A stretch of 64,000 nucleotides of DNA from Paecilomyces variotii. Lineage: Eukaryota. Under the pieces are notes generated by a model. It was not told the DNA's origin and made no database searches. It saw only the letters and a program-made list of their open reading frames with translations. The stretch is taken from NCBI GenBank assembly GCA_004022145.1, contig RCNU01000002.1, one strand, 5' to 3'. The translations under genes and the position numbers were made by a program. Shown here piece by piece: positions 35,763 through 47,272 of this stretch (positions are counted from its first letter, which is position 1; every line of letters begins with the position of its first letter).

Positions 35763-38047
35763 TGATCTCTCCAGAGTCCAGCCAGTAGTAGCTCATCAAG
35801 CGCTTGGCTGGTCGATTGGTTTCCATCAGAAGGTTCGAGCTATCGTCCACCAGCAGCCAACAACTTGTCCCTGTCGTGAACTGGATATCCAGTTCGTCCA
35901 CCGGCGAAGCTCGGGCATTCCGCAGTCAAAGGCAGATCCAACTCTATGCCAGACTAACCGCGGATATCGCGACGTTGTCCAGGTTCCCGGAGACACGTCA
36001 GAGAGGCTTTGGAGAAGGGGGGCAATAGTTCGACATCTAGATCTGCCAAGGTGAGGAACTAGAGGATCTCCAAGATGTCCCATTTTTCAGATGCGCGATC
36101 GCAACGTGTCCGGGCCTGCAACCCAACCGGTTGAGACATCTCTAGCGCCAGCAGCAGTCTGCCAATCTGGACGAGCATCGCGATGTGCCCCTTGGGGATC
36201 TGTGGCTGAAGACAAACCCCTCTAGAGCGGCGCTGGGACGGGCGGCCGGACTAGAGGATCACTGCAGCCCTAGACAGCTCCACGAACACCCGTTTGGGAA
36301 CTCGGCCACTTCAGAGTTGTGGATGGCCTGTCTTTTGACGTCAACCGTTGGCCGGTCCTGTCAAAAACGAGGCTGATGGCTCATCGTTGCCTTCAGAGAT
36401 CTGGCGTGGCATCTCAGGCTATCTACTAGGCCATCTACCATATCATACTCTATGGTACATCCCCGCCCGCCTGCTGTCAGGTAGCAATACCTTCCTTGGG
36501 TCCGGTGCTGAACTCGAACTCTATACACTGGGCAGTCCGCTACGAAAGGCTTGAATTCCCAGAAGTTTGGTATCGTCCAGGGTTTCACAACGGAGATCCT
36601 GTCAGATCGAAATCTGCAGGCCTGTCCCTAATGGGAAAGAACTTGCTATAGCCGCGACAAGCTCTTCGGGAGAACTGGCCGTGGTCAGCGGACAGTCGGA
36701 TGAACTCGATGCTGAACAGCCGCCGAGACGATTTGCAGTCCAGGCCGATCATCGTCCTAAGGATCCCCCCCGGAGTATCTCGGGCAGCCATCGCAAGTCA
36801 TTATCAATCACCTTGTCAAATGAAGGTGTCATCTGAACCTGGATCTTTTCCAGGGCTCTAGCCATTAAGAACTAAGAACTATTAACTTCCTGTTTGAGGG
36901 AGACACTGCTGTGTTGCACAGTTCGCGGTCAGCGTTGAGGAGAGCCCCTGCTCTTGGCCGTGGCTGACTGACGATAAGGCATGATTTGTGATTCTCTCTA
37001 TCTACCTGGTCAAGCCTCCAAGAATTGGGACTATGGATACTAAACAAATACATACATACATCCACGGATACTCCCAAACTCGCTCTATCCGGGTCCTGCA
37101 GCGTAGACGTCATGCCGTCCATCACATCAACCCCGTCTGAGCCATCCGCAGGACTTATCCATGGAGATGCAAAGCTTGGCAGGATAGGGCGAGTCGGATT
37201 CGGCTTCCAATATGCCTGCTGCCGCCCCTTGTTGCGTGATACAGGACGTTGCTCGGTTGACAGGCGGACGCTATCTACCTCTCCGCAATATTCAAGAAGG
37301 CTAAAAAGCCAGACCGCTTATCTCTTGCTCGCTTGTTTCTGGGGAATCGGGATGCTGTCGACGCTGTCAGGTCAATAGATCGGCGTCCGCCATGCACGGT
37401 GTCGCCTTCAGGCACCCCCAACCAAAGAGCGGCGCTGGCTCGAAGGATCATCACCGTAATGGGGAAATGAAGATGCCCTTGTAAAAAAAAAAAAAAAAAG
37501 ATCATCGCGCGCTCCATGCGTTCGTAGATACACGGTTCTTTGCTCTTCTTTCAGAGCCGATGGTCCGCACAAGGTTCGATCGCGCGATGTCTTCCGGCCG
37601 CATCCGGGTTTAGTCGCAGCCCCCAAAAGAGGCGCGCAAAGCAGTTCACCTCTCAGCTCCTGGAACTTCCTCTCAACCTCTCTCTCCCTTTCTCTGCTAC
37701 CGCTCTTCCCCCCACTGCGCTCCCCGGATTGAAGGGTGTCTCTATTCTATCGACATTCATATTTGCATGATCTTAGTTTCTGCCCCGACGAGACCGTCTC
37801 CATAATACCGGGGTTTGATCGACCGCCTCTTTGCCAGCATCCATCTATCATATCCGCGAAACCCACCGGCTCTGTCATCGACAACACGCCCGCGTTTTGC
37901 ATCGGTCGATTCCACTAGCTGTCAACTTGCGACGGGGGTTTTCTTGTCTCGCTTGGTGACGCAGTGCTGGGGATCGCGAAGACAGTGCAGTCTCCTGGTA
38001 ACAGTGACGACAGAAAGAGAGGGGGGAAAAATCAGAAGACTACCGCT

Positions 38048-38518
38048 ATGGCAAACGAAGGACACTCGTTCTATACGCCCTCCGGCCCTCCCCACATCTC
38101 GTCGCACTCTCCTCAGATCGTCGATGAGTTGATTAGCAAATACTCGTCCACCATGTCCGCGTCAACCAGCTCCTCCCCGGTGGCTTGCTCGTCTGCCAAT
38201 ACGCGACGCAATGTCTTGCAGCGGGTGCTGGATCGCGTCCGTGTCCAATACTATCGCTACGAGGTCACCTTCGGACTTTATGTCATGACGCCGGGTGAGA
38301 AGTTCGTGGCCAACACATTTGTCCTTGTTTTCCTGTCACTCTTGGTCTGGGCCCTGCTGCTCTACTTCCCCGCCATGCTCTACCAGAAGCTCAGCCGTCT
38401 AATCTGGCTTCTGACCGGACACGACGACGATATGGGAGCCGTGTTGGGAGCGATCGAGACGGGACTCCAACCTGTTACCTCGGCATTTCCAGCGGCCATC
38501 ACGGCCGGGGCTTCCTGA
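38048..38518 (+). CDS. Serine palmitoyltransferase small-subunit-like protein
   Basis: Motif QYYRYEVTFGLYVMTPGEKFVANTFVL followed by a TM helix ending YFP. Confidence 0.78.
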   Translation: MANEGHSFYTPSGPPHISSHSPQIVDELISKYSSTMSASTSSSPVACSSANTRRNVLQRVLDRVRVQYYRYEVTFGLYVMTPGEKFVANTFVLVFLSLLVWALLLYFPAMLYQKLSRLIWLLTGHDDDMGAVLGAIETGLQPVTSAFPAAITAGAS

Positions 38519-40148
38519 AAGGCAAGACCACAGGGCATGCTGTCATGGGATGCCCGACTGTTTTTTTGGAAGCTCGATCTGATTTAATTGATTTGGTTTC
38601 CATCTTGCTAGGGGAGTCTGCTATCCCCAATATGAAATAATGTGCCGGTTGTACGTCACCCTTGGATTCTATTGCAGATTTTACTGGATTGGCGTTGTGG
38701 CTAACATTGTCCAGGCTGTTTAGATACCCGAGTCATTAATGTACCCGGCTGGGAGCGCACATCGGAGTTTTCTATTTTCTCCATTTATTGTTTTTCTTGA
38801 TGACTTTTCATATACTACCTCATAGATTTAATAATGATACAGGGGAGGGACCGACGGCGATGTCTAATGTGAAGTGAATAATGACCGACGGTCTGCTCTC
38901 GTGATTACCGGATGCTAAGGGCATTCTGCCCCATACTCGAATCGGTTCGCCAGGAAAAACGAGCATTGGGTGAATCATTCGTCGTTAGCATCTGGTTTGT
39001 GATCTATGGGATACGCAGGGTGTACTATAATGAACAGGAGGTTGGTTTTCCGGCGTGGGCTCAAGCAACCATGTCCACTTATGTGATCATAATGTCAACC
39101 ATGTATATCTAATCTCGCATTTCTTGTCTAATAAATATCTACTTTTTCCTTTGCCTTCTGCCATCAGTATCATCGCGAACTCTCAAAACACGTCACACTG
39201 CGGCGTAGTTCTACCGCTAGACGGCGTTCGCAGCATTGCTAAGTGGTGCATAGACCTCTGATCGACATCGTAGGACTTTCTCTGGCCGTCTAGCGACCAG
39301 ACATGCGCTAACCAGTCCTTATTTTCCGGCAAGTCGATCTCTAAGTATACACATAGTCGTCTCAACCTTTTATAGATTCGATTTCCTGTTCCCAGCATGT
39401 CAGATTCTATTTCCTTTTTGTTGACAGTCCTGGAGCAAAGCGATATTCCACAGAAGCGTCGAAAAGCCACACGGCCTTGGCTGTAGGTAACATGTGCAGA
39501 CCGTTAGTCCACTTGCATAGTATTATTCTAATAACGATGATGACAGCTGGGACTAAGTGGCTTAGGCGCGCCGCGTGGCAGGTTGTCAAGAAAAGATATA
39601 AAAATAAAATAAAAAAAAAGGCTGACGACGATGATGTTTTGGCGTGTGCACCGCCCGCTCGTGACTGGATGGATTGATTTAACTAGTTAAAGCTGCCGAC
39701 GGCGTCTGTCAGCTCCGATCCTCATCAGCATTCTTGCCAGCTCTTTGTCGGTTTCAGGCCGTCTCTTCGCCTACCCCTCTCGTTTCTCGCGGTTCTTTCT
39801 ATTGAAATTCCTATCAATCGCTTTGTCCTTTGGTCACTCGCTGGTCGCGTCTGTTGTCGTGGAGCCGTTGGATCTCCGCAACCCCTTACACCTCCCGCCT
39901 GACGGCACCCGTGTTTCGAACGGTCCGCTGCATAATATTGGCTGTCAAACGTTCATTTCGCCAGCTTGTCGCTGCCAGACTGCAGAGAACAAAAGGGAGC
40001 AGCCAACAGTACCTCTATCCTTCGTTTGCTACGCGTCACCCCTCGTTTCTGCCGGCGCCCTGATGGTCTTTACCGTATCCATCTTGTTACCCGTCGTTGA
40101 TTAAGACCACCGAGAAAGAGATTTCCCATATGTGAACTGGGGTCCAAG

Positions 40149-41777
40149 ATGGCAGCCAACGACTACTATAACAGCTTCAATCATACAGACTCGTCCGGCC
40201 GTGTCCCTCCGTCGACGCATTCCTTCAGCCGGCCCACGCCGCCGCCCGTGTATACTGGACCGACTGATATACCTTCGCCGTATGAGAACCACAACGAGCA
40301 CCCCATCAACCACCACAGTCAAGTATCACTAGCCTCTGAAAATGACTATTATGCGCAGGGCGGTAGACCGCCCACTCACGATCAATATGCGGATGATATC
40401 CCGCTCAAAGCGAATGCCCAACCTGCGATAGTAAACGAGGCAGATTGGACGCACCAGAATACGCAGTATCCGCCCTCTCCGGAGGGCTTGAACACATCAC
40501 CGCATAGACGTCGAAGGGGTGCTTTGCCCGGGAAACGCGGTTTCTTCAAGAAGAAGATCCCGTGGGTTACATGGCTCCTGACAGCTATAGATATTGGTGT
40601 CTTTATCGGAGAACTTGTCAAGAGCGGTAAGGAGAACGCACCCTGTTCGGTCAACCAGAGGTCGATACTGACGATTCTGTCACAGCACAATTGACTGGAA
40701 GTCCCATCGAGACCAAGCCCACATTTAACCCCATGATCGGTCCTTCGTCGTATGTTCAGATCAACATGGGGGCGCGGTTCATACCCTGCATGAAGAATGT
40801 GCCCGGGGTTCAGAATAATAATCAAACCATCAACTGGAGCTGTCCGAACTCGACTACCACCGATGCGAACGATCCCAGCAACCAATGCACGCTTTCCACA
40901 CTCTGCGGTTTCAACGGAGTACCCAACCCGCATCCTGGAGGTTCCCTCGATGACCGGCCAGAACCTGACCAGTGGTTCCGCTTTATTGTCCCGATGTTTC
41001 TTCACGGTGGTTTCATTCATATCGGTTTCAATATGCTCGTGCAGATATCTATGGGTGCCGATATGGAGAGGATGATTGGCTGGTGGAGGTATACACTCGT
41101 CTATCTTGCCAGTGGCATTTTCGGTTTCGTCCTGGGTGGAAACTATGCTGCGCAGGGAATTGCTTCTACAGGAGCGTCCGGAAGTCTGTTTGGTATCCTA
41201 GCTCTCTTCTTGCTGGATCTCTTCTACACGTGGAAGGAGCGCCAGTCGCCATGGGTCGAGTTTATTTTGATGCTTGTCGGCGTGGGGATCTCATTTGTAC
41301 TCGGTCTGTTGCCCGGATTGGACAATTTCTCCCATATAGGAGGCTTCATCATGGGCCTTGCACTGGGTCTATGCCTCCTGCGTTCTCCCAATTGGGTCCG
41401 CGAGCGTATTGGACTGGCTCGGACGCCATATGTGGCTATGAGCGGCGGCGCGGGGCCTGGTACTGCAGAGCCCGATGATAAAGCAAAGAAATTCACCAAG
41501 CAGCCTCTCGACTACTTCAAGGGTCGCAAACCGTTCTGGTGGATCTGGTGGCTGATTCGGGTGGGCGCGCTGGTCGCAGTGATAGTCGGTTTCATTGTGC
41601 TCGTAACCAACTTCTACAAGTACCCCAAGTCGAACTGTTCCTGGTGCTACCGGTTGAGTTGTCTGGTGAGTATCTATCTGCCCTTGATATTTCGCAGAGC
41701 AAATGCTAATGCCTCTGCAGCCTGTGAAGAACTGGTGCACAGAAGGCAATCTTCAGTTGACTGGTAGCAGTAACTAA
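40149..41777 (+). CDS. Rhomboid family intramembrane serine protease
   Basis: Introns 40627-40685, 41666-41720; NPMIGPS, QWFRF..FLHGGFIHIGFN, catalytic GASG and SHIGG; C-terminal CSWCYRLSCLPVKNWC. Confidence 0.93.
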
Positions 41778-42620
41778 GATACCCCCCTCCCTGGAAGACG
41801 ATTGATCTTCCATCTTTCATTGTACATTCTCCGTTACGATTATCCATAGGGCCGGATTACGAAATTCTCCATCGAGAGAGGCCTGTTGTACCTTTTTCGT
41901 TTCTCGTTATCAGTCCCACTGCATCGTACATGGCGTTTCCGGGTAGGAAAAGGCTGGTCAAACAGAGTGCGGGCCTTGCCATAGCGGCAAGCATAGGGCT
42001 GCGAGTGATCGTTGGCAGAATGCTATCTCGATCGTGTCGTTTTTATTCGAATGTATTTTCTTTTTTCTTTTTATTTCTACAGGATACGCTGAGATGTCGA
42101 ATTGGATAATAGCCTGTACGGCTTGCTAGTGACCATGGCCTCATCCCAGTAATGGAAGGACAATATAACAGTAGAGAAAATAAATAAATAAATCAAAATA
42201 TATTTAAATATAGAGACACGGAGGTGGCTGAGTGGCTGCGCCCTGACAAAAAGGATCCATGGAAGCGTCGCAACTTAACTGATTAAGCGGGTCGAGGATT
42301 CATCAGCCGGAGAACAGCAAACTAGTTAGTTAGTTGATCCTCCACGTCTCCAGGCCCTTTCTTCCCTCCAAGAGAAACTGGCTATCTCTGCGGCTGTTAA
42401 TAAATAATAACCATTTACTTGACGATCCTATCGAAATTCACCGTTATTGCTTCTCTTCGAATCCCTTCGCCTGTTTCATTCCCGTCTTATCGCAGGATGC
42501 TCCTCCGCTCACGGCAATGACGGCAGCCTGCGTGTGAACGCCCGCGCAATCTACAGCAATCTACTATCGCACACTTTATCTCTTCTTCTTTTCTCGTCTC
42601 TGGGCGCTGTTATTGAAACA

Positions 42621-44383
42621 ATGGCGACTCTAGCTTCCCCGGCTTCCCCGCCGTCAACACCGCTCAAACGGCGAACGCGCAGCTGGGCCCGAAGGGTCGA
42701 GCGGTATTGCTGCGTTGCGGCAACCTACTTCCCTCTCGCCTTCGTTTACAGTCTGTCGACATGGGCGGTATATGTGGCTGTTTCGGTTGGCTCGTTGTCT
42801 CGCCATGGTCGGTGGATTGGTATGGGGACCTGTCGCAGAACGAAATCACTCATATCTGGTGACGTGCTGACCATCGCTCTATCGCAGGCTTACCGAGCAA
42901 CATCGCCGCGACACTCCTTTATATCCTAGCCGAAGTTTCGTACACAGTCGCTGTCTTTACTGACCCGGGGTCACCTCTATCTGCCCGTACGCGGGGGAAT
43001 AATCGCCATGGATACAGTCACCTCCCAACTACCGAACTCCCCGAGTTCGTATCCTATACCGTCAGCTCGTCCGGGGGGTCGCGATTCTGCAAGAAATGTC
43101 AGTGTGTGAAGCCTGATCGGACGCACCACTGCTCTACCTGTAAGAAGTGTGTGTTGAAGATGGACCACCATTGTCCGTGGCTGGCAACTTGCGTGGGATT
43201 GCACAACTATAAGGCGTTTCTACTCTTCTTGATCTACATCTCTGCTTTCTGTTGGGTTGCCTTTTCTGTTTCCGGGTATTGGGTTTGGAATGAGATGTTC
43301 AGCGACACGCGGTATATGGACACGTATCTACCGGTTAACGTGATCTTGCTGGCTATCCTGTCTGGCATTATCGGACTCGTCCTGACCGGGTTTACCGCCT
43401 GGCATATCAGTCTGGCTGTGCGGGGACTCACTACGATCGAGTCTTTGGAGAAGACTCGTTATGCGTCTCCGCTGCGGAAGACATTCGAAGTGCAGCGAGC
43501 TCGGCTCGGCCCTCCAGCTGGGCAGGAGGATGAAGGTTTTAGCCATCGACTGCAGGAATATGGTCAACAGATCGTCCAGGCTCACGCCAATTCTATCCCC
43601 GGAGTCACTCGGGCAGAGGAGGGTGAGGAGAGGCCATCTCCCGCCGTCGATAGTTTTGGGTTCGAACGCCCCCAACCGCCGGACTATTACGGTGATCAGG
43701 CTGCTGGCCAGACCCCTGCGCAACGGGCTTTGCATCGAAACTACAATGACCTGGAGAGAGAACGGGAGCGGGAGCAGTACGAGGAGTACTTGGATTCACG
43801 GGACAGTGAGAAGATGCCCAATGCGTGGGACCTTGGATGGCGTCGAAATCTTCTTCATCTGTTCGGTGAGAAACCGCTCTATTGGGCCCTTCCGGTCTGC
43901 AATACAACTGGCGATGGATGGCACTGGGAAGCTAGCAGGAAGTTCCTCGAAGCCCGCGAGGAGATCCGGCAGAAACGGGAGCAAGAGCAAGCCCAGCAGG
44001 AAGAACACTACCGAGATCTGTACGAGCGGGCTCTGAGCACCAACAGTCGAAGCTACAGCCAGTCTAATCAACGGTGGTCGCCGACAAGTAAGACACTCAC
44101 TGGCGGCGACACTTCCCGACCCACCACTGGTGTCTCGATGAAGACACTGGCCCCGATGTCCCCTCGTCCACGACCAGGTGACAGCGATTTCGAGGACGGT
44201 CTCGATTCCCCGCCTTATGGCACCAGCTGTGAGGGCAGTATCAAGAAAATAAGGTACGCACCACGAGAGGCAGGTAGGCCTCCACCTAGAGTCCGCAAGG
44301 GCACTGGCAGTGTCTTTGGCACATCCGTCGCCAGTCGAAACAGTGAGAGAAAGCCATCAGATGAATGGCGGAACTGGGAGTGA
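42621..44383 (+). CDS. pfa3: DHHC palmitoyltransferase, Pfa3-type
   Basis: Intron 42820-42887; FTDPGSP, CKKCQCVKPDRTHHCSTCKKCVLKMDHHCPW, TTIESLE, WDLGWRRNL, GDGWHWE. Confidence 0.9.
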
Positions 44384-45662
44384 GAAGCAAGTCGTTCTTT
44401 CTTTCTGCATTGATTGAATCCACCAGCATATTTGCCATTGTGTGTTTGGATGGCTCAGTTGTCGGCGCTTGTGACATATACCTGAGAAGCTTTTCTCTTC
44501 ATCATATTTTTGGTTATCGCGTCTATTTTTTTCAGACTAGTCAATGGGAGGGCAGAGCGTTAGGGTTGCGTTGCAGAAATGGCCGGTCTTCTTGATGTAT
44601 AATATGATGCCAATAGCAAGGATGTACTCGGTATACGCCCGGAGTATGTTTCAGTAATTTGCCTTTTCTATTCTATTTATGAGCACCATGAACAACTTCT
44701 GTAATACGCAGTTCAGATGAGTATTGGACAGCAGATCCGGCGAAACTAACTCGCCAAGAAACCATTGGAATGTGACAAACCAGCCACTCTCGCTACGAAT
44801 AGAACATAGATAACATAACTAGTCAGACTGCATTCAAAGTAACCGACCGTATGGCCACACGAGCAGAAATAGATTCTTGATTTCAAATCAATGGCCCAAA
44901 CAGGATCCTCGAGTATCTGTGATTATTATCTGTAGTCGAATCCTAACTAGAATACGTAGTATTGAATCTCAGCAACGCTCCTAACTGGTTAGAAATTCTC
45001 CGGGGAAGACACTCTCATTCTAATTAATTACATTTTACTATTCTGGATGCGGCCCAAGTGGCGTTTCCATTTGATAGTCAACTTCCGAGGATAGAAGGAG
45101 AAAAAGAAAAAAGAAAACAAGAAACCAGGATGAATCCGGAGGTTCGCCGTATCCTGGTTTCGGATCTGGTTTTAACTAGATTTTAAGACGATTTTGTGGC
45201 CCAGCGGAACCGGCAAGTTGTAATACTTTATTTATTATTATCTGTCCTTTTCGCAGACATATAATATGGCCTACGGCCCTGCTCCTATCCTATGCTATCT
45301 ATCGAACTGTTTGTTAACTGCCTTGTCTGCGTTTGCTTTCTGAAGACAAAGTCGGTTTTCAATTTGACAGACCAGATCTGCATAACTACTAGTTGATTGA
45401 ATTGAATTAAGATAAGATTGCCATCTCCCCTCGTGGCGTCTACCGTTAGTTATCGGGTGACTCCGCTCTGGTTCCAGTCCATCCACATCATAACTATCTA
45501 TCTATCCCATCTTTCTCTCTCCTACTCCCATTCCACGACAAAACTAAATCGATTCTCTTCGAGAATACGAGAAGCTTCAATACTCCACGAGCTATCATAC
45601 CCTCAAGACAGGAAATCAGAGAATCAAAAAAAGTTCATCCCCCTATCCAAAGAAGACCAACA

Positions 45663-46664
45663 ATGTCCCCCACACTCCGCCGATTGATGAAAGAAGCCGC
45701 CGAACTATCCGAATCGTCTCCCTCGCCCTCTCCCTATTTCTGCGCTCACCCAGTCTCCGACGAGAACCTATTCGATTGGCACTTCACTATCTCCGGACCA
45801 CCTGCGCCTTCTCCCTACGCCAACGGCATCTACCACGGTCGCATCGTCCTCCCGCCACAGTACCCGTTGCGTCCGCCGTCGTTCCGCTTCCTCACGCCCT
45901 CTGGTCGGTTCGAGGTCAATCGCGAGATCTGTCTGAGTATATCGGGTCATCATGAGGAGACGTGGCAGCCAGCGTGGGGGATTCGGACGGCGCTGATTGC
46001 GATTCGGAGCTTTATGGATGCGGATGCGAAGGGGCAAGTTGGGGGGTTGGAGGCGAAAGAAGAGGCGAGGAGAGAATGGGCGGAGAAGAGTCGTGGGTGG
46101 ACGTGTGATGTGTGTTTTGGGGGGAAGAAGACGAATGAGCAGATCTTGACGCAGTGGAGGGAGGTGTGTAAGAGGAAGGGGATTGTGGTTGATGAGTATG
46201 GAGGGGAGAGGGAGGTCGTTCCGGAGGAGCTGAGGCTTGAAATGAAGAGTGAGAAGGAGGGTCGAAATGATGATGATGATGGCAAGAAGCAGGTTGATTC
46301 TGTCAATGCTGCTGCTGCTGCTGTCTCATCCGCAGAGTCCTTCGCTCAATCATCATCATCGAATCCCAATTCCTCGTCTTCGCCAGCTACGCAACAAAAC
46401 GCAGAGCAGCCCTCTTCGTCTTCAACACAACATACCAATCCGTCTCCATCCACGACAACCACTACTCCCAGCCCACAAACAATAGTTCCTGAACCTGCTG
46501 TACAAGAACGTCTACAACCAACACGAACTGTCCCCACGTCAACCCGGCAACAAGTCGCCGTACAATCCTCCGACGGACCATGGCTCGATCGCGCCATCAT
46601 CGGCGTGGTAATAGCGCTGATATTTATGATCTTGCGGAAGATGACGACAATGGATGCAATTTAA
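45663..46664 (+). CDS. Tail-anchored ubiquitin-conjugating enzyme, Ubc6/UBE2J1-like
   Basis: NLFDWHFT, YHGRIVLPPQYPLRPP, TPSGRFE..ICLSISGHHEETWQPAWGIRTAL; C-terminal TM AIIGVVIALIFMIL. Confidence 0.92.
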   Translation: MSPTLRRLMKEAAELSESSPSPSPYFCAHPVSDENLFDWHFTISGPPAPSPYANGIYHGRIVLPPQYPLRPPSFRFLTPSGRFEVNREICLSISGHHEETWQPAWGIRTALIAIRSFMDADAKGQVGGLEAKEEARREWAEKSRGWTCDVCFGGKKTNEQILTQWREVCKRKGIVVDEYGGEREVVPEELRLEMKSEKEGRNDDDDGKKQVDSVNAAAAAVSSAESFAQSSSSNPNSSSSPATQQNAEQPSSSSTQHTNPSPSTTTTTPSPQTIVPEPAVQERLQPTRTVPTSTRQQVAVQSSDGPWLDRAIIGVVIALIFMILRKMTTMDAI

Positions 46665-47272
46665 CATGTGGCCAAATGCAGACGGGTTATTTCTTGAAAT
46701 TAGATTGGATTGGATTGGATTGGACTAGGCGTTCTTGGGAAGGAGGGGGGACTTTATCTATTTTCTTTCTAAGATTAGGATACGATCTATTGGAAAATAG
46801 GAAGCAAGCGGGCGAGTATGGGCGTTATCATTTTCTTGTTTTTGTTTGGGATACTGTTCTTGGCGATATTTGGGTCATTTGAATTGCCTTTTTCTTCCAC
46901 CATGTCCTCCTGCCTACGCTGTATATATGATCATTACGACTTTCTATGTTCCATAGACTGGAGAATATTTGTGAATACTGTGATTGTTTAAAAGTTCAGT
47001 GAAGTTTGGAATGCTTCTAGCTCCAAAGTTCGTTATGGTACATCCATCTAGTGTACAGTTCTTATCCAACCGGATAATAAATGATGAATCCAGACAAGAC
47101 CGTCCCGCTTAGTATGGTACATTTACCAACGTCAAACCTCGCTGGGGAACTGAGTGCAAATGCAAAACATGTTATGGGCAAAACCACATTCAAGAAGAGA
47201 GATGATAGAAGAAAAAGGAAAATGTACAGTACAGACCACGATGGATCCTTTTCAGACCGCAACAAAGTAGAA

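Noticed and set aside
35444-35901. Hydrophobic ORFs (LLLLLLPVGCWLLVVGC...)
   Set aside because: Translation of the AACCAAC/TAA simple repeats
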